Part shown: positions 12,162-25,165 of the stretch, piece after piece
How positions within the stretch are numbered: position 1 is the first letter of the stretch
How the letters are laid out: each line of letters opens with the position of its first letter
NCBI RefSeq assembly: GCF_001194135.2
Contig: NC_068998.1
Coordinates: forward strand, 2,050,658 to 2,114,657
Length of the DNA: 64,000 nt
Origin: Octopus bimaculoides
Lineage: Eukaryota
Direction of reading: 5' to 3'
Made by a program: the position numbers and the translations under genes
The notes under the pieces: generated by a model
What the model saw: only the letters and a program-made list of their open reading frames with translations
What the model was told of the DNA's origin: nothing
The model's database searches: none

Positions 12162-13279
12162 GTAAGTTCTTCAACCAACCATTTCTCTGGAGAAATGGCT
12201 TTGACAAATTCTTTGATTGCAATATTTCTGGATACAGTTGATGGATTGAAACAAGGAGTCTTGTGTTGTTTGCATGGATTGTTTTAGGGTTGGAGGTTTG
12301 TTGTTGGTGCTGGGGATGTGTTTCGGTAACAGAGGCATGACTTATTTGTGAAGCCTGTGTATTGATGGGGGTTGGGGTTGGGGTTGGGGGCATGTATCAG
12401 TGAATCTTGTATTTTTAATGTGACCCCCAATATTAATCTCATAAAATTCTCATTTTTAGTGACTGCTACCATTTCATAGTCAGTAGGGATGGTCACTGGA
12501 ATGTCTTTGATCATAGGTCTGATATATCAGGGTTGGTATAGTGTTAAATAATTCACAGTTTTGTTTCAAGGTTTGAAATTGTGACCATGTTAACAATGTC
12601 TTTGTTACAATTCCATGAAATAGTTGTGGGATCATGAGAGAAAGAAAGACAGAAAAAAAATTGTCATTTTGTATAGAGGCTGACATATTTTTTGTGGTGA
12701 GCCCTAAAATAGGTTTAATTAAAATTATACCTGTAACAAGGAGAAAAATTACTAGCCTTAAAAACTCAGGGTAAGAAATGCAAGGGAGATAATTCCATGA
12801 TCTAAATTGATTAAAAATTGGCTGCTAGCGAGGTTGTTTACTATGAATGGAGGGAGCCTGATCTTTGGTTAGTACAGATAACCTTATCAGATCTCATTAC
12901 CCAAACTAAACATACCTATATATACCAGACTTTAAAATGACTAAGAATATTGAGAAACCTATCAATTCCACCATATTTGAGAAATGTAGGATTCTAATAC
13001 AAATTCAAGTTTTAAGTGATGTTCAGTTGCTCTTTAGCTCTAGGTGTGCCTTGTTATTATTTTTTTTTTTGTGTACTTATGTAAGTATTTTTTTTCGTTT
13101 TTTTAAAGATAAGATGTGATGATTTGAAGATTTTCCTGCTATTTATAGCAAGTCAAATACACCACTTAAAAATTCGTTTGTTAACTTAGCCTCAATTGTT
13201 TCATTTAAAATGGGTTGTGAATGTCAATGTGTACACTCACACACTTTTATAACACACTTTTATAACATAAATACACAAA

Positions 13280-13315
<36 letters not shown>

Positions 13316-13538
13316 CGTGTGATACTTAGAAGTGATGTACTTTATCAGAATTTTTTGACTGGGTCCAGTAAAACAAACCACTCTGAATCTACCCTAGAGG
13401 ACTGGTGAGTTTTAATGGGTTGGGTCGTGTGTGTGCATACATGTACACACACACAAATGAAGTTTAAATTTTCTTCTTTTTATACCTGTGCCACACCTAG
13501 AATGCAATGTTGTATCTATTGTTGTTGTTTTATTGCAG

Positions 13539-13661
13539 AGTATGGGCCTGGTGTGGAACCTCAGCCAATTGAAAGATTATGTTTTGGGGCAATAGCTGGC
13601 CTCATCGCCCAGTCTGCATCGTATCCTTTAGATATAATTCGCAGGAGAATGCAAACTGCAG
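13539..13661 (+). CDS. SLC25A42: SLC25A42 coding exon 6 ([41 protein letters not shown])
   Basis: TTGCAG acceptor, GTATGC donor; third signature [18 protein letters not shown]. Confidence 0.93.
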
Positions 13662-14393
13662 GTATGCAATAGTTTCTCTTTTTGTTTATCTTATTGTTGT
13701 TCAGCTCCAAATAAGCTTTTCTTGATCAATCCTGATTGATCAAAGACCTTCAGGTAATGATCTATCTTTAATTAAAATATGATACCCCTTATATAATGTG
13801 TCTACATTACGTTGGGCGTATAGTTTGTGTTCCCTTTTAAGGTGATAGGCTATAATAACAGGGAGATTTGGCTGTTATTTTTAGCAGGTCAATCACATAG
13901 ATTGATAGTTATTCCTTTGTTGTTTTATGATCATGTGATAAATAACACAGAAGAGCAGTCAATTATTGACCCCTTCTTTCGTTGTATTTTTGCTTCCGGT
14001 CATTTCACTTTATTTTGCTTAGTATTGAGCAAGGCATTAATGTCTCAGCTTCGCATTTCCTTTTTAAAACTCAAAGGCTTCGTGCTTAGAGGGTCAGCCG
14101 TGGGGAATATCTGGTACAACCCTTGTCTCGTCCAGACTGAATTGTTCCTCGTCCACCACTACACAATCTTCCCCCTTCGTTAGTGTTCATCATTTTGTAG
14201 AAACATCAAAAGATTTGATACAAGTTAAACTATAATTATTCTATGTCTGCCAATATTTCCTGATATTAGCCATGGAGGTAAAAGTACATTACCCATCATA
14301 TGACAAGTAACACTCTAGTTTGTAATAATTCTCAGCAAAAGTAACTCTTTTCTGGAAAATGTAATTTATGCATTTTATATATTTTTGCATTAA

Positions 14394-14489
<96 letters not shown>

Positions 14490-14822
14490 TTTTTACTAAG
14501 TAGATAAAGTTATAGCATGTGATATTTGGATAAAATATCCTTTGGACAGAAAAAGTTGAAGGTTACCTGTGGTCCGATGGTGGGACATTTATCATGTTTA
14601 CAGGAGATGTAGGTTCAAGTCCCATTCACAGCTTTCGACTTTTTCTATCTTAAAGGCCTTTTTAACCTGATATTTACTTGCTATAATTTTACCTTGATCT
14701 GCTTTGAGTTCATCTGTTAAAAACAAATTATTGCACGTTCTCTTGTAGTTTCTAAATTTTTATGATGTAAGCAATATATATATATATATATATATTTTTT
14801 TTTTTTTGTTTGTTTATTGCAG

Positions 14823-15025
14823 GTGTAACTGGTCGTAGTCATGAATATACTACTATCTTAAATACTGCACGCACTGTGATAAAAGAAGAAGGCTTCCGAC
14901 GGGGGATGTTTAAGGGACTTAGTATGAACTGGATCAAAGGTCCGATTGCTGTTGGGATTAGTTTTACTACATTTGACATTTGTCAGAATTGGTTACGGAG
15001 AAAGGCAATGTTCCATGATGGATGA
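14823..15025 (+). CDS. SLC25A42: SLC25A42 last coding exon (GVTGRSHEY...[22 protein letters not shown]...HDG*)
   Basis: TTGCAG acceptor, TGA at 15023-15025; [22 protein letters not shown] is characteristic of SLC25A42. The seven exons sum to 1065 nt (354 aa + stop). Confidence 0.95.
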
Positions 15026-15342
15026 TTATTAACATTTCTAAAACTTCAAACTGCTTGACCACTAAATCGGTAGAGTCTCCGAACAGCAGATTAAATTGGG
15101 TTATTTTATTTTATTTTAATTTTAATTTTAATTTTTTTTTTTTTTGTAAATCTATTTGTATTACCTGTGAAAAACAACAACAATAACAGCAACAACATAT
15201 TCCATGTAGTCACAGTGTGAAAATATGGAATGAGATGTAACATGGAGTAATCTCAAAGAGGCTATCTCCTAATTTGGTGGTTTATGTATTTTGGATTTGG
15301 TATCCTACAAACCTACACCCTCTCTTCTCAGAACAGGTATTG

Positions 15343-15368
15343 AATAAAACAGCTATATAAACAATAAA
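15343..15368 (+). terminator. Candidate polyadenylation signals for SLC25A42
   Basis: AATAAA at 15343-15348 and 15363-15368, about 320 nt after the stop codon; usage unverified. Confidence 0.35.
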
Positions 15369-15845
15369 TGTGAGCCACCATCCCTCTTCCTCTTCCTCCT
15401 CCTCCCTTTCTTCCTCTTGATAACATTTTCAACAATTTTTAATTTATTTTGTATTTCAATTTGCTTTTAGCTTCATCACGTGACTTCTGTCATCTATTTC
15501 TCTCTAATACGGATGTATACATACATGTATGTATAAATACATCTCATGTATGTACACATACATGTATGCATGCATGTATACATACATATTTGTGTGTATT
15601 TATTGCATATTACGAAATGTATTTGTAACACACACACACACACACACAATCTGCATCCATGTATACGATTTTTTATTTTCATTTTGAAGTAGCATCAGTT
15701 ACAGAGGCATTCAAGAGCTGATGGTTTCTTACATTGTGCAGGAAAATCTCAACTCTTGCATCACTTTGTAACTTTTGCTAATTAAAAAATAAAAATAAAA
15801 AACATACTCGTGTTATGAGTTCTATTTATCCTGATTGTACAAGCC

Positions 15846-15861
15846 AGCCTGTGTGTGTGTG

Positions 15862-15917
<56 letters not shown>

Positions 15918-16120
15918 TATATATATATATAGATATATATATATATATAGATATATATATATAGATATATATATATAGATATATATATATAGATATATAT
16001 ATATAGATATATAGATATATATATATATATAGATATATATATATATATATAGATATATATATATAGATATATATATATATGTATATATATGTATATATAT
16101 ATGTGTGTGTATATATATAT
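15846..16120. repeat. (TG)n/(TA)n microsatellite with periodic ATAG interruptions
   Basis: Read directly from the sequence. Confidence 0.95.
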
Positions 16121-16406
16121 AGTGTATTTATTGCATAATACATTTTGTATGTCAGTCATGTTGTATAAGGCAAAGGAGATAATAGATGTATAACTAAATA
16201 TTGAGTGTACAAAACCTTTAGATATCCACCTGTAATTTTGTTTTACCTGACACAGGACATTACCAATCAAGCTCTACCCATGTCTAAAGTATATTGAGCC
16301 TTTTGACATTTTTGTATAGCAAATCAAGGTAATACAATACATTGTGTGTGTGTATGTACGTACGTACGTACCTACATACCTACCTACATACATACATACA
16401 TAAATA

Positions 16407-16900
16407 CATCAGGTCATTAAGAATGAAATGTCCAATTTTGAACTGAAAGTTTATTTTACTTTATCTCAATAAAAAGCAATGCAGTTAATCAAAGTATGCA
16501 CCTAAATTATCAACACAATTTTACCATTTTATCGGTAGCTTATTTATGCCAGCAGTAAAGAATTCTGGAGAGCAAGAGTTGATGAAATCGCGAAGGGCTG
16601 TTTTTGCATCGTCTTCAGATTTGAAGTTTTTTTCCTTGCAAAAGGTTGTCTAATGCCTAGAAAACGTGATAGTCAGTTGGTGCAAGGTCTGGTGAAGATG
16701 GTGGATGACAGAGTGCTTCCAAGTTCAGTTCCTCTGAATTATTGGTCTATCCATGGGTTCGCAAAAATTGATTTACAAGAGAAAACTCACAATATAATCA
16801 GACAACATGAATTACATTTCGCAAAGTGCTGTAACTCTTCAATGTCATAAAACAAAGAATTGTCAGGATAAAACATTAAAGTTAACGACTGTCAAACTTG
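16407..16900 (-). mobile_element. Mariner transposase relic (C-terminus and probable right TIR)
   Basis: Minus-strand translation HPPSSPDLAPTDYHVF*ALDNLLQGKK...FINSCSPEFFTAGINKLPIKW*NCVDNLGAYFD* matches the mariner YSPDLAPxDY region; stop at 16485-16487; TA at 16405-16406. Confidence 0.85.
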
Positions 16901-16936
16901 GTGCATAAGAAAATAGGACATTTTATTCTTAATAAC

Positions 16937-16984
<48 letters not shown>

Positions 16985-17529
16985 TGGTGTATTTATTACA
17001 CAGTTCACTCACACATGTATACACATATTTATTTTTGTGTATATTATATAATACATGATGTAAGGTAGATGTTATATATTTTCATTACATAAATGTAATG
17101 TCAGAGGTGAGTTCTTTGTGAACAGTGTTTGCAATTTGTCTTCAGTTACCGGTTGTACTGATTTCACTTCAGTTTTCTTCTTCCTTTGTGTTATTTATGC
17201 CATCAGAAAAGGCCTGAACACCACAACTCTAATCTCTTCAAGCTTAAAAGTCTTAGCAGAAGACCCATATCTACCTGGATGAAGCATTAATAACCTGTTC
17301 TTGCGCTTCCTTCCTCGGCGGCAGTCATAGCAAGATTCCTTCGGATATGGTTAGGAGTGCAAACCAGGCCTGGAATGGGATGTCATGTGTTTTATTGAGT
17401 ACGTTAATCATTTGGTTCAGTATTAAATAATTTTTCATGAATTTAAAAAACTTGTTTTTAAAATTTATTTTATTGTGTTGAGTCAAAAGTTTTGCAATAT
17501 TTTGGTAACTTATTTGCTTCATTCTTCAA

Positions 17530-17790
17530 GTTACAACAAAAGCATCCAAGCATCCAACAGTAGAGGCCGTCATGTGGTCAGTGTCTGAAGCCACTTTTGT
17601 GTCAGTTCTTTGATCCCATGCTGATACCATTTCTTATTCTTCAAGGTGAAGAACTCTTTCACTGAAACTTCTACCTAAAAGTCTTAGAAGTCCTATATCT
17701 CCGTGGATGAGGCAACAGTAACCAATTCCTTGGAGATAGTTACAGCAGGGTGCAACCGGAGGGCCTCTATTCAAAGGAATGCTTGGCTGT
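17530..17790 (-). mobile_element. Second, different mariner transposase relic
   Basis: Frameshifted minus-strand peptides NWLLLPHP and VKEFFTLKNKKWYQHGIKELTQKWLQTL resemble mariner C-termini. Confidence 0.65.
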
Positions 17791-19353
17791 TTTTGGTGTC
17801 ATTTGACAAATAAAGAAAATTAGTTACCAAAATATTGCAAAACCTTTCACTCAACTCAATATTGTTTTGTTAATGTAATTTTTGGTTTTTGGAGATATTT
17901 TTGAAATAAAAATGGTGAGCTGAGATAATTTAAAGGGGAACACGAATACAAAAGAGAAATCTTCCTTAAAGGACGAAGTGGAAAATCCATGAGAAGTAGT
18001 GGGAGAGGGGGAAGGATTGTAGGAGAGAAAGGGATGTCTGGTGAAAAGGTAGGACAAAGAATATCCAGAGAGAATATTCTGGAAAGCTAATGGTTTCCAA
18101 TAATTTTTCTCTCAGACCATCTTGGCTGGAATCAAATGCGACAGTTTTGAAAATTTAGTTGTTTGCCCATTTTTGTTGGAGCAAAAAAAGACAGGTACTC
18201 TTTTCTTTTTTTTTAATTATTATTGTTAAGTGTTTCATAATGAGGTAAGAGTGGAACCAGTTTGTCAGCCAAGCAGCCAGGGTGAATGAAACAGTCATGG
18301 CTTGTCACATACATTACAGTAACAGCCATACACAGATTTGAACCCTTGGTCAGCTGTACTAGTGTTAAATGCTTTAAAACAAGTGAGGAGCTCTTTCTTT
18401 CTCTCTCTTCACACATCATTCCTACAAGGGCTGGCAATCATGGACCTAACCTTTATGCCAATACCTGAAAATTCTTTGATTTTTCTTTGGCTAGATACAA
18501 TAATGGTTTTCCATTGCCTTCTGTTGTTTTATTTACACTTAACTCTGCTAGTCTCTTGTTCTTTTGAGCTTACCCATGAGGCATAGGGTGTGTTTAATCC
18601 TCACAGAGGGAGACAGGTTCATGTAGCAAAGGACATGTTTAACCTTCATGTAGGGAGACAGGTTCGTGTGGCATAGGGCATGTTTTACACACATGTGGGC
18701 CTGCATTAAACATCAAACATGCCGAGGGACAAGTTCTTTTCTGAATTCTGAATGCCTTAGGTACAAGACTGTCTTCTGCTATTTAACTTGTACTGGGACC
18801 CTTGAGAGCTATTACCACCCTGGGACCAGAGTAGTGTTGACTAAGGAATAACTCACTGCTTCCCAAAACTCCTGAACTCCTAAGCTGGAGCGTCATCATC
18901 AGATGCAGTTTAAAGTCTTATCCAATGTTGGACAAATGGATTAAATACTTGAATTGCTGTACCTCATCTCAATATCAACTTCAAACTGCACCAAGATCGG
19001 CTTTTATGTTCTATTTCTCTAGTTGTCAATATAAATACCTGTAATATAATGGGGTTGAGTTTAATTAAATACCATCTGTTGCTCTTTAGAAAATCTTTGC
19101 ATATGTTTCATCCAACTGGTTTCTTATCAAAGACAAACAGAACCCTGTTTAAGTTCAGGAATGGAAAGAAGGAGCTGGGGGACCCTTTTGCTGTAAGAAA
19201 CAACAAACACGTCTTTGAGATTTAAGGATTCTCCTTAAAAGACATTTAGATTTCCTTTATTATTTTCAAACATATATTATTACATTTATTGGTAAACAAA
19301 AACCACATTGAGTTAAAGGAGGTCTACAAGGAACCAATCAACGGTTCACTGTG

Positions 19354-19388
<35 letters not shown>

Positions 19389-19764
19389 TGTTTGATATTA
19401 GTGTGTATGTGTTGGTGTGTATATTTACACACAGGTATCTAATCTGCTACTTAAAGACTAAAGTCTAAGTGGGATGTTATTTTAAGGTTAAAAAGTGAGT
19501 TTAGATAAATTTAGCAAAACCCACTGAAATATATAAAAATATTATCTTTCAAAGAAGAACATGAAAAAGGTTGAGGTAATCTCTTGGTGGAGTAAGTTAT
19601 CGGTTGGGTTTCGACTGGAGAATCTAGGGGGCAGCACTTCATTGATGTCATTGAGAAATCAATGAATGTCATACAATCCCATTAGCTTACTCCACACAGT
19701 TTTCCTTTCTTATTCACTTTTAATTTTGTTGTTTGCATATTTCCAATGAAATCCATGGCCTTTG

Positions 19765-20045
19765 TTTCAATTAATTTTGAAAATAATAATGAATTTAGTA
19801 AAATAATTGTCATTTTTAACTTGGTGTTTAGAACATAACAACATGAAACTTTGATGGAAGGTTTTAATTTTAGATCACTTTAAATCTTTTGTTACCATAT
19901 TTCTAATAAAACACATGACTTTTCTTTCAATTAATTTTGAGAATAACACTGAATTTAGTAAAATAATGTATTTATTACTCTTGCATTTGGAACATAAATT
20001 AGCATGAAATTTTATTGAAAGATTTTAATTTAGATCCGTTTAAAA
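19765..20045. repeat. Two-unit tandem repeat, period 160 bp (probably internal to a DNA element)
   Basis: TTTCAATTAATTTTGA.AATAA...GAATTTAGTAAAATAAT...TTTTAATTT.AGATC occurs at 19765 and 19925. Confidence 0.8.
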
Positions 20046-21778
20046 TGGCAAGTTTGTGTCATAGAAGCTGCATCAATCTGAGATGGTATCAAAAGCATTG
20101 AAACATGTGACTGCATGTCTAATTCTTTTCATTAATACAGTAATTAGAAGCACTAAACAAAGTTCCTGGTAAACCAAATGTGTGATAGGGGTTCCATTCT
20201 TGATAACCACCATTTCACCTCACATTTTCTCATGTTTTTCTCTTAGAAATCTAAACATTTTTCTTGTCTAATAAGAATTTGTGAGTTCTACCAAAATTGT
20301 TGTCTTTGTTTTATTTCCTGATTTGAGTTATTTCACTTGAATTGCATCTTTAATTAATTAGGAAAAAGCATGAACAATACAACTTCCTGTTTTTCCTTTT
20401 TTAACACTTTATATGAAATGGTTATTTTTATTGACGGAGATGGTCGTTGAAATCGGCAGCTATGAAATAAATTCTGTATTTAAGTTCCTAATCCTACCCA
20501 AATCAGCTTTTCTGTTCGTCACTGCTGGAATGAATTAATAAACTGTGGTACCAGTAAACTGTTGAGGTTGATTTAATCATGTTCTTATTCTATTTTTATA
20601 CAGAATTGGTTTGAAAATAAGTTTCCAGTTAACTGGATCTCTAAGCAGATTCTGTCTGTACTTTGTTTCTTTTTTTTTTTTATCTTGTTTAGACTTTGAA
20701 TACACACACACACATACAGCACAATGGTGAGACATATTTTCATGGCAGATTGCAAACAACACTGTCTGCATGATGGTAGCATTTGTTTGCAATTAGATCG
20801 TGATGACAAGACAAGGAGATACAAACACATATGGCAGGCATCTTTCAGATAAGAAAGTGATTTTAAAAATTGCTTTAAGAATTTTGCAAAAAAACAAAAT
20901 TCTCTAATTTTATTCCCCCACTTCTCAATCATCAAAAATAGATTACTCTCCCCAGTTGGGGAGACTTTGTCTTGTCTTGCAAGTTATTTGGTGACCCCAC
21001 AGGTGCTGGTGCTACAGAAAATGCACCCAGTCCACTCTGTAAAGAGCCTGGCATTAGGAAGGGCATCCAGCCCTGGAAACCTGGCCAAAACAAGACAGCT
21101 GGAGCCTGGTGCAGCTCTCTGGCATGCCACCTCCTATCAAACTGTCCAACCCATACCAGCATGGAAAACTGGTGTCAAATGATGATGATGATGATGACAC
21201 TGATATCACCAAAGTAACCAGACACCACTCATCGTATGTTGTATTTATGCAGACACTTAACGCGATGGCCAAACTGGATGCTTCTTAGGTGGCACTGACA
21301 GGTGTCTGATATATGTATGTCTAACCATTCCTCCATTGTCTGGGCTTCACTGGAAACAGGTGTTATTTTGTTTTAATTACTTTCAGTCTTTGTTTTTATG
21401 TTTTTATGAAATATTTATGAGGCTTTCTTAACATCTCTTAGGTTTATTTCAATTACAGCTGGTATTTATCCTGTTGGAAAATGATTTACTGTTTCTTAAA
21501 TAATCTTTATGAGACTTGCTGGACATTTTTGTTAGGAGACATTATTCCACACACACACACACACACACACACACTAACATACAAACACACGCACTCTAAC
21601 ATACAAACATACAAAGACACACACAATCGTAATAATAATAATCATCATCAGTGGAGTTTGGGAACAGCTATCCTTTGAACTCCCACACAACATGGAGAAT
21701 GGAAAGAGGTTGAAGGAAAAATATGAAAAAGAAACTTTTGAAAAACCTCTTCTTTTTTTGCCAGAATCACAAACTCAT

Positions 21779-21816
<38 letters not shown>

Positions 21817-22895
21817 ACACACAAACATAGATAAGCACACATACACGCACACCAACACAGGTTGTCAAGTGGTGGTGGAAGGCAAGCACACAATATGTGC
21901 ACTTGTCCCCCCAGAACAAATGGTGTGCTTAGCTGTGGTAACAACTGCGACGGCATTGCCATGGAGAATGGTCAGTGATGCTCACTGCAGCAGCCACTCA
22001 ACTGGTTGATTTAAAAAAAAATTTTTATTAATGAATGAAGTCCCTTGACATGTTTGTTGTGCAGTGAGTTACATACACTCACTGTCTTATGTGTAGTGAT
22101 TAGCCCACTGGAAACTTGTGACCAGTGAGATGTAAAATGCTTTTGTCATAGGTTGATATAGTCTTACCGTTCCATTTGACACACACTGACCGTCTTGGGA
22201 TTGTGGTCCTTTGTTATGACTTCTCAACAACTCCCTGACTCTTTTCTTTCTTCCCCTTTCTCACCTCTTCCACCACCTTCACTACCTTTTCAGTCCTTAT
22301 ACTACCTTTACTTTGCATGGTCTGGTTATATGTGCATATATTCTTTATTTGCGGGATTTACAATGCTACTATTGATTCCATGCAGTAACATCACAATTAT
22401 TCAAGCATTACAACACTTAAAAATGTTGATAATTCATCTCCATTTTTTGGTTAAGCTTTATCCAAAATGGAGACAGACTAACAACATTTCCAAATGGAAT
22501 GCTTCGTAATTATGATATCGCATGAAACCAATGGTAGCATGGTAAATTGATTAATAAAGAATATGTTTATCTGCCAGATGTGGTGTTCAGTACATATACT
22601 CACTGTTTGCAACTAATACCTGTGTGTGTATGCATGTGTGTGTGTGTGTTTATATGTATATATATATATATATATCCATTGCACCTCTTTCTCCTAGTAC
22701 ACTAGCCTTCCTTCTGTGACTCCCTCCTCTACTACTGGTTCTCTGCTTCTAACCATTGCACTTCTTACACAAACAAACGAATGACCACAACACCAACAAT
22801 GGCTGCTATGCCATAACAGTATCGATTGCCGTCAGTTTTCAGTTACCTTCGAACTAAACACATCTCTCTTCCTTCTATCAAAACATCTCCCTCTT

Positions 22896-22929
<34 letters not shown>

Positions 22930-23204
22930 GTTCATTGGCTTAAAACATATCTCTGTTGCTCTCTCTCTTCTCTTTCTGATTAAAACAAAACAAAATGCAG
23001 CTTCAACTCAATAAAAATGTCTAAATGTGTTTTTTTATTTTAAAAAAATGAAAAAACAATAAATTTCAAAAAAATCAATAAAACTGTATATGTTGCTAAA
23101 GATGGAGTCTTTGGTTCTGTTTGTGCTGCTACATTTCAAAATGTGTGAAGAAGACTGCAGGTGAGCGGTACAGAATGAGAAATAAATGAAATAAATAGGC
23201 ACAG

Positions 23205-23600
23205 GTGTGGATGTCTGGTAAGAAGCTTTCTTCCCAACCACATGGTTCTGGGTTCAGTTCCACTGCATGGCACCTTGGGCAAGTGTCTTTTACTATAGCC
23301 ACGGGCCGACCAAAGCCTTGTGAGTGGATTTGGTGGATGGAAACTGAAATAAAGCCCATCGTGTATATATAAATGTATATATCTATGTGTGTCTGTGTTT
23401 GTCCCACCACTTGACAACTGGTGTCAGTACCAGTGTATTTACGTCCCTTGTAACTTAGCAGTCTGGCAAAAGAGACTGATAGAATAAGTACTAGGCTTTA
23501 AAAAAATAAGTCCTGGGGTTGATTTGTTCAACTAAAACCCTTCATGGCAGTGCTCCAGCATGGCTGCAGTCAAATGACTGAAACTGGTAAATGAATAAAA
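23205..23600 (+). mobile_element. SINE family A, full-length
   Basis: Head GGCACAGGTGTGG...GGTTCAGTTCC, internal TA/TG tract, 3' half ending GACTGAAAC...GAATAAAA. Confidence 0.8.
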
Positions 23601-23639
23601 TATGTCTTGGCCAGGTATTGAAACCTTGTCTCTAACAAA

Positions 23640-23850
23640 GGAACATCTACCATTACTTGATCTGCTAGAAATGGCAGCCAAATTTTCATCAAATAACAGT
23701 TTACCATGTTAGAAAATATAAAAGTACTTTGAGGAAAAGAGAGTTACATTGGAAAATAAAGAGTTACATCTGAGTAAAAAAACGGGAGGGCCACATCTGG
23801 AATCTCCTTGATCATAGGCCAGCTGAACCTGGGTCAAACAGAAATGCAAT
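23640..23850 (+). mobile_element. SINE family D (CTAGAAATAGCAGCCAAAT...GATCATAGG)
   Basis: Related copies at about 56940-57500 (-, interrupted), 57620-57810 and 59870-60050. Confidence 0.65.
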
Positions 23851-23950
23851 TCGAAGAAGATGGCTTCACTGACAAGTATTTGGTTGTTTAACTCTTCAAA
23901 CCTTCCATTACCATAGTTCTGTGGAAATTCAAAACAATATCAAGACATGC

Positions 23951-24017
23951 ATATGGTGTGGTGGTTAAAAGCACGGGTTACTAACCCCAAGATTCTGAGT
24001 TTGATTCCAAGCAGTGA

Positions 24018-24055
<38 letters not shown>

Positions 24056-24176
24056 TCGAAAAATACCTTAGGAATGAGAACACAGGCTCGAAATTTCCCC
24101 AAGACACCTGATGAAGGCTGGAGGGTATATCAGCCGAAGCGTTGTGTTAACAACAAACAAGATGAGGACAAATATC
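23951..24176 (+). mobile_element. tRNA-headed SINE-like element with (TAA)n and minimal hammerhead, copy A
   Basis: A-box-like TGGTGTGGTGG, B-box-like GAGTTTGATTCC, (TAA)n, then GACAC-CTGATGA-A-GGCTG/CAGCC-GAAGC-GTT-GTGTT (24103-24148); nearly identical to 34774-35046. Confidence 0.75.
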
Positions 24177-24549
24177 AAGATGTGTGTTGGAGAGATGTGT
24201 GTTCGGAATGATGGCAGCAATCCTTACTGATGCCAACAAAGAAAGGGACATGGAAATGTTATTAAGAGAGGAGAATGCATGGGGAGAATCAACTTGCCCA
24301 AGATGACCCAACAAAAAGACCAACCAATGAAGTTGACATCAATGCAATCAAAAGCAGAAAGACAAGGAGAGCAGCTGGGTTGTCAGGAATAGTTGGTGAG
24401 ATGTGCCCAGAAGTTTGCTTTCCAATGACAAGATTCTAGGTTCATATAGTTTGTAGTCTGTATCACATTTTATGCTATAGATAGATAGACAGATAGATAG
24501 ATACACATGCACTTGAAAGAGTAAACACACACATGCAAAACTCATATAT

Positions 24550-25025
24550 ACATATACATACATAGTAACACCTTCATCAGTCAGACTCTGTTGTGTTGCA
24601 TGCAATCTGTGGCATGGAGCTCCATCATGCTGAAAGATCTCACCTTCAACCAAGTCTGGTATCAAATTGTCCTTCAGCAGCTGGATGTATTTGGCACTAT
24701 TCAAGTTACCATTAATTTTAAACGATTTTCTTGAACCATCACTTTTTATGCATCCCCAAAACATCAGACTCTTACTCCCAAACTTCACTATTCTTGTCAT
24801 GTAACGTGGGTCATTTCACTTTCTAATAAGTGAGAATTTGTCAGAAGGCCTTCAGGAAAGCAAAATAACTCCTACCACAAAATATAATGATTAGGTATGG
24901 AAATGACCCCAACAGGGCCAATGTTTCATCTGTAAAAAACACAATGCAAAACGTCTACTTATAAGTTGACAATTAGTAGAAATTTACAATAGTTTAAAGT
25001 AGCCAAAGAGTTTTGCATGGTACTG
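24550..25025 (-). mobile_element. Tc1-like transposon relic (5' TIR plus DDE core)
   Basis: PRYMTRIVKFGSKSLMFWGCIKSDG...YIQLLKDNL...FQHDGAPCH is a Tc1 catalytic segment; terminal CAGTACCATGCAAAACTCTTTGG on the minus strand from 25025 with TA at 25026-25027. Confidence 0.85.
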
Positions 25026-25094
25026 TATATATGTATATATCTGCATATATTTTTTTGTAATCTATTAAATTACTGCATGCACAGTGGGATATTC

Positions 25095-25115
25095 CCATCA
25101 TCATCAGTGTAAAGA

Positions 25116-25165
<50 letters not shown>

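Noticed and set aside
14560-14630. tRNA-like sequence (also the heads at 23951-24012 and 32730-32800)
   Set aside because: A/B boxes are present but no complete cloverleaf; these are SINE heads, not tRNA genes.
23090-23166. Signal-peptide-like first exon (MLLKMESLVLFVLLHF..., donor CAG|GTGAGC) for the micro-exon array
   Set aside because: It ends in phase 2, in which both the 21-nt and the first 24-nt micro-exons contain stops; no support without transcripts.
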